In this document: piece by piece, positions 6,753-13,507 of the stretch
How positions within the stretch are numbered: the stretch's first letter is position 1
How the letters are laid out: each line of letters opens with the position of its first letter
IMG/VR virus record: IMGVR_UViG_2526164630_000014
Span: 1 to 13,507 of that record
Origin: a virus
Lineage: Duplodnaviria > Heunggongvirae > Uroviricota > Caudoviricetes
DNA length: 13,507 nucleotides
Reading direction: 5' to 3' (one strand)
Notes under the pieces: model-generated
Database searches by the model: none
Seen by the model: only the letters and a program-made list of their open reading frames with translations
What the model was told of the DNA's origin: nothing
Program-made: the position numbers and the translations under genes

Positions 6753-6865
6753 CTCACAATTTTCCCTCTATTTAGCAAATGGATAAATACGCATTATGAT
6801 AAATTTACATTGCGGTTGATTTATCAAAATGGTAAAGTTGTTCTGTGTGATAAACGGAGGCACTA
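6753..6865. promoter_or_regulatory. OR operator cluster with divergent PRM/PR promoters
   Basis: 113-bp intergenic between divergent cI and cro. GATAAA-core motifs at 6782..6789 (GGATAAAT), 6797..6804 (TGATAAAT), 6819..6826 (inverted ATTTATCA) and 6848..6855 (TGATAAAC). Candidate PR -35 TTGCGG (6810..6815) and -10 TAAAGT (6833..6838). cro SD GGAGG at 6856..6860. Confidence 0.6.
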
Positions 6866-7099
6866 ATGAGTAATGAACTACTACGCTGGCGAAAAGAGGC
6901 TTCTAGTGAGGAATGGAAGCGACTCGCCGCATTAGCGAAAACTTCAGTTGGCTATCTTGACCAGATTGCATATGGATTTCGAAGAGCTTCCCCTGATAAA
7001 GCGAATGCAATCGAAGAAGCTACTCGTAATTTCACGGGTTATAAACCTGTGAAAAAGGAAAACCTAGTGTTCGTATCGCGTAGAGCATCGGCTGCATAA
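6866..7099 (+). CDS. cro: Cro-like / YdaS-family HTH regulator
   Basis: 77-aa ORF divergent from cI; SD GGAGG 5 nt upstream. Resembles YdaS/Cro-type HTH proteins (Rac-prophage YdaS-like, ...NAIEEATR...); call from recall of that family. Confidence 0.75.
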   Translation: MSNELLRWRKEASSEEWKRLAALAKTSVGYLDQIAYGFRRASPDKANAIEEATRNFTGYKPVKKENLVFVSRRASAA

Positions 7100-7107
7100 G
7101 TAACACC

Positions 7108-7152
7108 GCTCTTTTCACAATGGACATTCGTCCTACGTCGCTGACAAAGCGA
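7108..7152 (+). promoter_or_regulatory. nutR (boxA-like CGCTCTTTT plus boxB hairpin)
   Basis: boxA-like CGCTCTTTT at 7108..7116; boxB UCGCU-GACAA-AGCGA at 7138..7152, same loop as the nutL boxB. Lies between cro and cII. Confidence 0.55.
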
Positions 7153-7237
7153 GTCCCAATATATCTGACCAACTAAGGCCACATGCGTTTCCACGCATAC
7201 CTTTCAACTAACTATTCACTATTGGAAATCTTAAGAA

Positions 7238-7537
7238 ATGGAACAAACAAGTTACAGCAAACTATCCCAGCGTGACGTTGATCGCGCAGAAACTGATTTA
7301 CTCATCAACCTGTCAACGCTTACCCAGCGTGGTCTGGCAAAGATGATTGGCTGTCATGAATCGAAGATAAGCAGAACGGACTGGAGGTTTATTGCTTCGG
7401 TCTTGTGTGCTTTCGGAATGGCATCAGACATCAGTCCGATTAGCAGGGCTTTTAAGTATGCGCTTGATGGACTCACCAATAAAAAACGCCCGGTGTGCAA
7501 GACCGAGCGTTCTGATCAAATACAAATGGAATTTTAA
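7238..7537 (+). CDS. cII: CII transcriptional activator
   Basis: 99-aa ORF; C-terminus LTNKKRPVCKTERSDQIQMEF closely matches lambda CII (ILTNKKRPAATERSEQIQMEF); central HTH region; downstream of cro/nutR. Confidence 0.85.
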   Translation: MEQTSYSKLSQRDVDRAETDLLINLSTLTQRGLAKMIGCHESKISRTDWRFIASVLCAFGMASDISPISRAFKYALDGLTNKKRPVCKTERSDQIQMEF

Positions 7538-7559
7538 CAACATCCAACGAGGTAATTAT

Positions 7560-7703
7560 ATGCGAAAAACGCAGGAAAATAAACGCGTTAATCACCGAAA
7601 AGATGTGCTACGTGACCAGTTTTATCAGGGGGTTAATCCAGCAATAGCTGTGCCACTGAGAGAAATACTTAACAGGTACAAAACTTCGGAGAAGTCAAAA
7701 TGA
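7560..7703 (+). CDS. Hypothetical small basic protein (47 aa)
   Basis: ATG at 7560 preceded by GAGG; MRKTQENKRVNHRKDVLRDQFYQGVNPAIAVPLREILNRYKTSEKSK; stop overlaps the start of the replication initiator (ATGA). The longer track ORF from 7392 overlaps cII and is probably not the true start. Confidence 0.4.
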   Translation: MRKTQENKRVNHRKDVLRDQFYQGVNPAIAVPLREILNRYKTSEKSK

Positions 7704-8497
7704 GCATGAATCTTATGGCTAAGGCCATGAATATAAAGGTTGGCAACCCACTGAGAAAACTGGTTCTGATTAAACTTGCCGATAACGCCAATGATAATGG
7801 CGAATGCTGGCCTTCATATCAACATGTCGCTGACCAGTGTGAGGTGAGCAGATCGACAGTAAAAAGTCACATTAGGGCACTGGAAGAGATGGGGCTTTTG
7901 AAAAGGGAATTCAGAAGAAAAGGAGAGCTTAACCAGTCAAACGTTTTTTATCTGACGCTGGATAATGCACAACAAATCCAACCAGAATCAGGTGGGGCAG
8001 GAGCTGCCCGGGGTGGGGCAGGAGCTGCCCGGGGTGGGGCAGGAGCTGCCCTAGGGGGTGGGGCAGGAGCTGCCCCCAGAACCTATCACTCTTTTGAACC
8101 AGTCAATGAACCTAAAAACATTATGTTCGAACATGTCCGAACAGAGTGTGAAAAAACTCCTGACCGTCACGAAGAAACCGACAAGGCATTCGAGGAAATA
8201 TTCTGGTGTGCAGGCATGCGGAAAGCCGGGAAGAAAAACGCAGCTTCAGCATTCAGAACACAGTTCAGGGAATGGCGTAAAACTACCAGGGGGACGGCAA
8301 GCGAGTTTGCCACGATGCTGGCAGAAGACATTGCGTGCAGGCTCGGTAAGCAGTTCGGGTTCGACAGGTTGTTACCATCGAGCTACCTGAACGGTCAACG
8401 CTGGAACGACGAGAAGCCAGAAACTATTCAACCACAATCCAAACCATCATCCGCAATCACCGTATCGAAAACTGGCTACGTGTTTTTCGACAGGTGA
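7700..8497 (+). CDS. Replication initiator protein (lambda O-like; N-terminal winged-HTH domain)
   Basis: 265-aa ORF. N-terminal NPLRKLVLIKLADNANDNGECWPSYQHVADQCEVSRSTVKSHIRALEEMGLLKR is typical of phage replication-initiator HTH domains. A Gly/Ala-rich linker is encoded by four tandem DNA repeats (iterons). Sits after cII and before the helicase. Confidence 0.75.
   Translation: MSMNLMAKAMNIKVGNPLRKLVLIKLADNANDNGECWPSYQHVADQCEVSRSTVKSHIRALEEMGLLKREFRRKGELNQSNVFYLTLDNAQQIQPESGGAGAARGGAGAARGGAGAALGGGAGAAPRTYHSFEPVNEPKNIMFEHVRTECEKTPDRHEETDKAFEEIFWCAGMRKAGKKNAASAFRTQFREWRKTTRGTASEFATMLAEDIACRLGKQFGFDRLLPSSYLNGQRWNDEKPETIQPQSKPSSAITVSKTGYVFFDR
7991..8077. repeat. Four tandem iterons (candidate ori) inside the initiator gene
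   Basis: Core TGGGGCAGGAGCTGCCC at 7993..8009, 8014..8030, 8035..8051 and 8059..8075 (spacing 21, 21, 24 bp); each core has an internal dyad GGGCAG/CTGCCC. Same architecture as lambda ori within gene O. Confidence 0.7.
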
Positions 8498-8500
8498 ACC

Positions 8501-8608
8501 ATGAAATCCAGAATCAAATCGTTACTTATCGCTGGCTATAACCATGGCTGGCTTAGTTCTGCATTCGTTGAGTTCTGGTTTAACCGTCTCGATCTGAGGT
8601 CAGCGTAA
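8501..8608 (+). CDS. Possible small ORF (35 aa) translationally coupled to the primase-helicase
   Basis: ATG at 8501 (MKSRIKSLLIAGYNHGWLSSAFVEFWFNRLDLRSA*); its TAA overlaps the ATG of the next gene (TAATG). Weak RBS. Confidence 0.25.
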   Translation: MKSRIKSLLIAGYNHGWLSSAFVEFWFNRLDLRSA

Positions 8609-11514
8609 TGACTCCAAGTGAACTGAGCGACCTGCTTTGGGCGCAGGTTGACAGGGTGGCTCCGCACCTGTTGCCAAACGGCAAGAAAGAGGGGCATGAG
8701 TGGGTTGCCGGTAACGTCAACGGTGACAAGGGAAACAGCCTTAAGGTCAACATTAGCGGCAAGAAAAAATGGGCTGATTTCGCTGAGGGAGACGGCGGTG
8801 ACATGCTTGATTTGTGGATGGCATGTCGTGGAATTAACCTGCATCAGGCTATGCAGGAAGCGAAAGCATTTCTCGGTATCAAGGATGACGATCACCATTT
8901 CGATGCCAAACGTGAGAAAAAATTCTCCAGACCTGACCGCAAGAAAATCGCCCGCTACGTTACCAGAACAGAATCCCATCTTGAGTACCTGCAATCGCGT
9001 GGCATATCGCCAGAAATCGTAAAGCGCTACGAGGTTGTCAGCGGCAAGGTGTGGAATGGAGAGCGGGAACTGGATGCTCTGGTGCTTCCGTACAAACGCG
9101 ATGGTGAGTTGTTGCAGGTCAAGCGAATCAGCACTGAGCGCCCGGACGGGAAGAAAGTCATTATGGCAGAAGGTGATTGCGAACCTTGTCTGTTCGGATG
9201 GCAGGCTCTGGACGCTGGCGTGAGGGCGGTTGTACTTTGCGAAGGCGAAATTGATTGTATGAGCTATGCGCAATACGGCATCTCGGCGTTATCCGTGCCG
9301 TTTGGTGGCGGGAAAGGCGCTAAGCAGCAGTGGATTGAGTTTGAGTATCACAACCTCGACAGGTTTGAGGAAATATTCATCTCGATGGACGTTGATGATG
9401 TTGGTCGTGAAGCCGCAAGGGAAATCGCAAGCCGACTCGGTGAACATCGTTGCCGTCTTGTTACTCTGCCGTACAAAGACATCAACGAATGCCTGATGAA
9501 CGGTGTTACCGAGGATGAAATCTGGCAGTACATCGGCACGGCATCCTATTTCGATCCTGAAGAACTCTACAGTGCGCGAGAGTTTTACCAGGACACTATC
9601 AACGCTTTCTACGGCAAGAAGCAGTATCTGTTTAATCCACCGTGGGAATCTCTGGCAGATAAATTCCAGTTCCGTGAGGCCGAGTTGACGCTGGTCAATG
9701 GTGTGAACGGTCACGGAAAGGCATGCCCACTGAATGAGCCTATTCTTTTAGCTGATGGGACATGGACTACTCACGGGGATGTAAAAATTGGCGATCAGGT
9801 GGCGTCAGTAGACGGCAATCCGTCAACTGTCACTGGGATATTCCCGCAGGGTGTTAGAGATGTTTACCGAGTCACATTTGAAGATGGTCGTTATGTTGAT
9901 TGCGCAGGCGATCACCTATGGGAGGTCACTAGTCGTGGATTCACGAAAGGCGAGAAACGCCGCGTGATTGACACCTTCGAGCTGAAGCGGTTGAGTGAAA
10001 CGAAGAGGCACAAAAATGGCGTTAGGATTCCTGAAATAACTGGTGACTTTGGCGACCACTCAGAGCCATTAGCATGGGTTATCGGCTCCCTTCTCGGGGA
10101 TGGTAGTCTTAGCAATGGGAGCGTGAAGTTTTCAAACGTCGAGCCATACATGATCGAGCGTATGAAGGCTGAACTGCCTGATTACAACTTCTCTGGAGAT
10201 GGTAAGGACTGGCTGATATCAACGGCGCGTGGTCAGGCAAATCCACTCATGGAGACCCTGCGAGGTTATGGACTAATGGGGTGCACAGCAAAAAACAAAT
10301 TCATCCCTCGTGTGTTTTTTTCCGCAAATAAATCAACGCGTATAGGCATGCTGTGTGGTCTGCTTGAAACGGATGGGTATGTCGAGAAGGATGGAACGCT
10401 TGTTTTTTCCTCAGCAAGTGAAGAACTGCGCAATGGGGTTGTTCAACTGGTTAACTCACTCGGCGGGTCATGCCGGACGCGAGTTAAAACTGGCGTGACA
10501 TACACATACAAGGACGATAAGCGGCATGGGATGGATTCATACGAGGCAAGAATCAGACTGACAAGAGAAATCAGGGAGGCCATCCGTTCACCACGACTCA
10601 ATGGCAGATTAACTGCGCATCGATTCGAGGGCTGTGGGGTATTCGTCAGGAATGTTGAAAAAATCGGCAATGCAGAATGCTTGTGTATTATGGTCGATCA
10701 CCCTCGCCACCTGTATGTAACCAGGGGATATGTGGCGACGCATAACACCGAGGTTGTCGGGCATATGGCACTTGAGGCAATGCGTCAGGGTGTGAAGACG
10801 TGCATCGCGTCACTTGAGCTGAAGCCTGGTATTCTCCTTAAGCGCCTTACCCGTCAGGCGACGTGCTGCAAGATGCCGCCAGTGCTGGAAATTGACTCTG
10901 CATTTAAATTTTATGACGAAAGACTTTGGGTGTTTGGCCTGACCGGAACGGCGAAAGCCGACAGGCTGATCGAAATATTCGACTACGCTCGCCGCCGATA
11001 CGGTATCCAGTTATTCATCATCGACAGCCTGATGAAATGTGGCATAGGCGACGATGACTATAACGGGCAGAAGGCGTTTGTTGACTCGATTTGCGACTTC
11101 AAAAACAAAACAAACTCCCACGTCATTCTCGTTACTCACTCGCGAAAAGGAGACAGCGAAGAAAAACCAACCGGGAAAATGGACGTAAAAGGCTCTGGAG
11201 CGATAACAGACCTGACAGACAACCTTTTCATCATCTGGCGTAACAAGGCTCGCGAGAGAGCGTTACAGAGAGTTCAGAGTGGTGAAAAGATGTCAGAGAA
11301 GGACGAACAGCTACTGGCATCTCCGGCATCTGTTTTGATGCTTGAAAAACAACGTAACGGCGAAGGTTGGGAAGGTGGTGTCCCGTTGTTCCTTGACGAG
11401 CAATCGCACCAGTTCCTGCAACTTGAATCAGGATCGCCATATAGCTACATCGCCAATATGCCGAAATCGGAATATGACGAGGCGTGGCGACAGGAAAACG
11501 TGACGGAGTATTAA
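8608..11514 (+). CDS. Bifunctional primase-helicase (Toprim primase + DnaB/gp4-like helicase), intein-containing
   Basis: 968-aa ORF. Toprim motifs VLCEGEIDCMSY and ISMDVDDVG in the N-terminal half. Helicase P-loop NGVNGHGKA split by an intein, resuming TEVVGHMALEAMRQG. Walker B-like LFIIDSLM and HVILVTHSRK downstream. Predicted spliced product 627 aa. Confidence 0.9.
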   Translation: MTPSELSDLLWAQVDRVAPHLLPNGKKEGHEWVAGNVNGDKGNSLKVNISGKKKWADFAEGDGGDMLDLWMACRGINLHQAMQEAKAFLGIKDDDHHFDAKREKKFSRPDRKKIARYVTRTESHLEYLQSRGISPEIVKRYEVVSGKVWNGERELDALVLPYKRDGELLQVKRISTERPDGKKVIMAEGDCEPCLFGWQALDAGVRAVVLCEGEIDCMSYAQYGISALSVPFGGGKGAKQQWIEFEYHNLDRFEEIFISMDVDDVGREAAREIASRLGEHRCRLVTLPYKDINECLMNGVTEDEIWQYIGTASYFDPEELYSAREFYQDTINAFYGKKQYLFNPPWESLADKFQFREAELTLVNGVNGHGKACPLNEPILLADGTWTTHGDVKIGDQVASVDGNPSTVTGIFPQGVRDVYRVTFEDGRYVDCAGDHLWEVTSRGFTKGEKRRVIDTFELKRLSETKRHKNGVRIPEITGDFGDHSEPLAWVIGSLLGDGSLSNGSVKFSNVEPYMIERMKAELPDYNFSGDGKDWLISTARGQANPLMETLRGYGLMGCTAKNKFIPRVFFSANKSTRIGMLCGLLETDGYVEKDGTLVFSSASEELRNGVVQLVNSLGGSCRTRVKTGVTYTYKDDKRHGMDSYEARIRLTREIREAIRSPRLNGRLTAHRFEGCGVFVRNVEKIGNAECLCIMVDHPRHLYVTRGYVATHNTEVVGHMALEAMRQGVKTCIASLELKPGILLKRLTRQATCCKMPPVLEIDSAFKFYDERLWVFGLTGTAKADRLIEIFDYARRRYGIQLFIIDSLMKCGIGDDDYNGQKAFVDSICDFKNKTNSHVILVTHSRKGDSEEKPTGKMDVKGSGAITDLTDNLFIIWRNKARERALQRVQSGEKMSEKDEQLLASPASVLMLEKQRNGEGWEGGVPLFLDEQSHQFLQLESGSPYSYIANMPKSEYDEAWRQENVTEY
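9724..10746 (+). mobile_element. Intein (341 aa) with LAGLIDADG homing-endonuclease domain, inserted at the helicase P-loop
   Basis: Starts with Cys (CPLNEPILLADGTWTTHGDVKIGDQV, block A), block B-like VDCAGDHLW, two LAGLIDADG motifs (VIGSLLGDGSL and LCGLLETDGYV), ends ...YVATHN followed by Thr +1. Flanking extein sequence forms a GxGK...T P-loop. Confidence 0.85.
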
Positions 11515-11784
11515 ATGAATAAAAAACAATTAGCCATTCTCGAAAAGGCATGGGATGCACAAATATCATACGCTTTGAAAGAACAGGCACTACCAATAAT
11601 CCAGACCAAATCGAAAATAGCCAGGCAGTTATGCGATGGCGGATTCCTGAACGAAGTTGAGATTACGCGCCAGATGGTAACGTTCAAAGGGTATGAGATA
11701 AATCATCATGGTATAGCAGCGTATTGTTCCCATCTTCCTGATGACGTTGACATTGATGAAATGGAAGGGGAGATGAAGCAATGA
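11515..11784 (+). CDS. Hypothetical protein (89 aa)
   Basis: ORF starting immediately after the helicase stop (TAAATG); operon-like tight packing; no family recognised. Confidence 0.5.
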   Translation: MNKKQLAILEKAWDAQISYALKEQALPIIQTKSKIARQLCDGGFLNEVEITRQMVTFKGYEINHHGIAAYCSHLPDDVDIDEMEGEMKQ

Positions 11785-11873
11785 CCATCTACATCACTGA
11801 GCTTGTAACAGGCCTGCTGGTAATCGCAGGCCTTTTTATTTGGGGGAGAGGGATTGGAGGCTTTAAGAAATGA
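11781..11873 (+). CDS. Possible small hydrophobic peptide (30 aa)
   Basis: MTIYITELVTGLLVIAGLFIWGRGIGGFKK*; one predicted TM helix; ATGA overlaps with both flanking ORFs. Confidence 0.3.
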   Translation: MTIYITELVTGLLVIAGLFIWGRGIGGFKK

Positions 11874-12085
11874 GTACGATAGCTGAGCTTGTCAGGGCTA
11901 ATTTTCGTGAAGAGTTGGTGCGTTGGTATCGGTATCGTTCATCGTCCAGTTTGCCGCTTGATGAGTTGTATGAGCATTCACCTGCCGCACGACGCTATCC
12001 GCGTGACCGTGTTCTTCGACGGTTGTTCAAACTCAACAATGAGTTTCAGCGCAACAGAATTATCCGGAGTCTGGATTTAAAGTGA
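11870..12085 (+). CDS. Hypothetical protein (71 aa)
   Basis: ORF in the nin-like region, start overlapping the preceding small ORF; no family recognised. Confidence 0.45.
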   Translation: MSTIAELVRANFREELVRWYRYRSSSSLPLDELYEHSPAARRYPRDRVLRRLFKLNNEFQRNRIIRSLDLK

Positions 12086-12095
12086 AGGAGTGAGC

Positions 12096-12333
12096 ATGAG
12101 CGACCTATCATTAACCCAGCCAAAGCTAAAAGAATGTCCGTTTTGCGGCGGTAATGCTCGTCTGTGGGTTGAGGCCGGAATAAATATTGATGTGTGGGGC
12201 GTATGCAGAATGTGACCTCTGTGAAGCCAGGGGGCGATGGGCACCATCAGTTGCTGCGGCGGCTGAAAAATGGAACCGGAGAGCAGGAGATGAAGCAAAC
12301 CTTTCTGCTTCGCAACGAAGCAATCAGAAATAA
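12096..12333 (+). pseudogene. Lar-like restriction-alleviation protein, frameshifted
   Basis: Good SD (AAGGAG). Frame 0 encodes MSDLSLTQPKLKECPFCGGNARLWVEAGINIDVWG... and stops at 12213. The rest of a Lar-type zinc ribbon (YAECDLCEARGRWAPSVAAAAEKWNRRAG...) continues in the +1 frame to 12333. The shift lies within 12184..12212, probably an extra G near 12201. Confidence 0.5.
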
Positions 12334-12736
12334 CGCCATAGACGCCATTCTCTCACTACCCATCGACGACAAGTCACCCCACGAAGTCCACGTTAAAGAA
12401 CCCAAGCGCAGCAAAGCGCAGAATGACCGTATGTGGCCGATGCTGAACGATGTTTCGCGTCAGGTGCTATGGCATGGTCAACGGCTGGCGCCGGAAGACT
12501 GGAAAGACCTGTTCACTGCCCTGTGGCTTAAGACCAAAAAACTGGAGCAACGAAGTGTGCCTGGTATCGACGGTGGCGTTGTCATGCTTGGCGTGCGTAC
12601 CAGCAAAATGCGGAAGGCCAGCATGACTGAGCTTATCGAAATCATGTTCTGGTTCGGCTCAGAGCGCAACGTGCGGTGGAGTGATGACTCCCGGCGAGAG
12701 TATGAATGGTCACAACGAAAAGGTAGGGCTGCATGA
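12290..12736 (+). CDS. ninB: NinB (Orf-family recombination mediator)
   Basis: 148-aa product from the internal ATG; KAQNDRMWPMLNDVSRQVLWHG and C-terminal ...[19 protein letters not shown] resemble lambda NinB; call from recall. Confidence 0.8.
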   Translation: MKQTFLLRNEAIRNNAIDAILSLPIDDKSPHEVHVKEPKRSKAQNDRMWPMLNDVSRQVLWHGQRLAPEDWKDLFTALWLKTKKLEQRSVPGIDGGVVMLGVRTSKMRKASMTELIEIMFWFGSERNVRWSDDSRREYEWSQRKGRAA

Positions 12737-13260
12737 CTATCAAATCAAATACGCCAGCACACGACAAGGACTGCTGGCAAACGCCGCTTTGGCTTTTTGA
12801 TGCACTGGATATTGAGTTTGGATTCTGGCTGGATTCGGCAGCGAGCGACAAAAATGCTCTGTGCGCTCACTGGCTAACTGAGGCCGACGACGCGCTCAAT
12901 TCTGAGTGGGTAAGCCACGGTGCAATCTGGAATAACCCACCGTACAGCAATATCAGGCCGTGGGTGGAAAAAGCCGCTGAGCAGTGCATACAACAGCGAC
13001 AGACGGTAGTTATGCCTGTGCCAGAGGATATGTCAGTCGGATGGTTCAGCAAGGCTCTGGAGAGTGTTGACGAAGTTCGCATCATCACTGATGGACGGAT
13101 TAATTTTATCGAACCATCGACAGGGCTGGAGAAGAAGGGAAACAGCAAAGGCTCCATGCTGCTGATTTGGCGACCGTACATCAGTCCTCGACGAATGTTT
13201 ACTACTGTATCCAAAGCGGCATTGATGGCGATCGGGCAGGGCGTCAGGAGGGCGGCATGA
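12733..13260 (+). CDS. Phage DNA N6-adenine methyltransferase (orphan, no cognate nuclease evident)
   Basis: 175-aa ORF with the NPPY catalytic motif ([10 protein letters not shown]); start overlaps the ninB stop (ATGA). Confidence 0.8.
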   Translation: MTIKSNTPAHDKDCWQTPLWLFDALDIEFGFWLDSAASDKNALCAHWLTEADDALNSEWVSHGAIWNNPPYSNIRPWVEKAAEQCIQQRQTVVMPVPEDMSVGWFSKALESVDEVRIITDGRINFIEPSTGLEKKGNSKGSMLLIWRPYISPRRMFTTVSKAALMAIGQGVRRAA

Positions 13261-13439
13261 GGCGACAGCGACGAAGTATCACCGACATCATCTGCGAAAA
13301 CTGCAAATACCTTCCAACGAAACGCTCCAGAAATAAACGCAAGCCAATCCCAAAAGAATCTGACGTAAAAACCTTCAATTACACGGCTCACCTGTGGGAT
13401 ATCCGGTGGCTAAGACATCGTGCGAGGAAAACAAGGTGA
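13257..13439 (+). CDS. ninE: NinE
   Basis: 60-aa product from the internal ATG ([60 protein letters not shown]), near-identical to lambda NinE; start overlaps the methyltransferase stop. Confidence 0.85.
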   Translation: MRRQRRSITDIICENCKYLPTKRSRNKRKPIPKESDVKTFNYTAHLWDIRWLRHRARKTR

Positions 13440-13507
13440 TTGACGCGATGATTTATTCGGGGCTATATTCCTCACGCGCCAGCAAAATCTGGCGTCGGGA
13501 TTGGCGT
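13436..13507 (+). CDS. Start of next nin-region ORF (partial)
   Basis: Open frame from GTG 13436 / ATG 13451 ([20 protein letters not shown]...) running to the window end, overlapping the ninE stop. Confidence 0.3.
   Translation, partial: MIDAMIYSGLYSSRASKIWRRDWR

Noticed and set aside
7183-7198. Hairpin ATGCGT-ttcc-ACGCAT between nutR and cII as an intrinsic terminator
   Set aside because: No downstream U-tract. Lambda tR1 at this position is Rho-dependent, so no intrinsic terminator is called.
7392-7703. 103-aa track ORF overlapping the 3' end of cII
   Set aside because: The N-terminal 56 codons overlap cII in another frame; a shorter start at 7560 with an upstream GAGG is more plausible.
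7991-8077. Tandem 21-bp repeats as a possible CRISPR array
   Set aside because: Repeats are contiguous with no spacers, lie inside a coding region, and match the iteron architecture of lambda-type origins.
8536-9714. Minus-strand ORFs 8536..9273 (245 aa) and 9289..9714 (141 aa)
   Set aside because: Antisense to the primase-helicase gene, which has clear Toprim, helicase and intein motifs; no features of their own.
12194-12736. 180-aa track ORF as the full NinB
   Set aside because: The N-terminal 32 codons overlap the Lar-like gene; the NinB-like sequence begins at the internal ATG at 12290.

Overview
This window is the early/immunity region of a mosaic lambdoid (lambda/P22-type hybrid) prophage of an enterobacterial host. 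The minus strand carries a leftward pL-type operon: P22-type N antiterminator, an acidic 107-aa accessory protein, ea10, cIII, kil, and the lambda Red genes gam-bet-exo. The centre holds the immunity region: cI-like repressor (HTH + S24 peptidase), divergent YdaS-like cro, and operator clusters sharing an ATGATAAAT motif. The plus strand carries the rightward operon: nutR, cII, an O-like replication initiator with internal iterons, a 968-aa Toprim primase-helicase interrupted by a LAGLIDADG intein, then a nin-like region (frameshifted Lar-like gene, ninB, N6-adenine methyltransferase, ninE). The strongest candidate for an undescribed system is a two-gene cassette in the rexAB-equivalent slot downstream of cI: a 113-aa unknown protein plus a 285-aa NYN/PIN-like predicted nuclease. 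gam, exo and the Lar-like gene each carry a single-base frameshift, and an orf60a-like ORF may carry a fourth. All homology calls are from reading the translations against remembered protein families; no database search was run.
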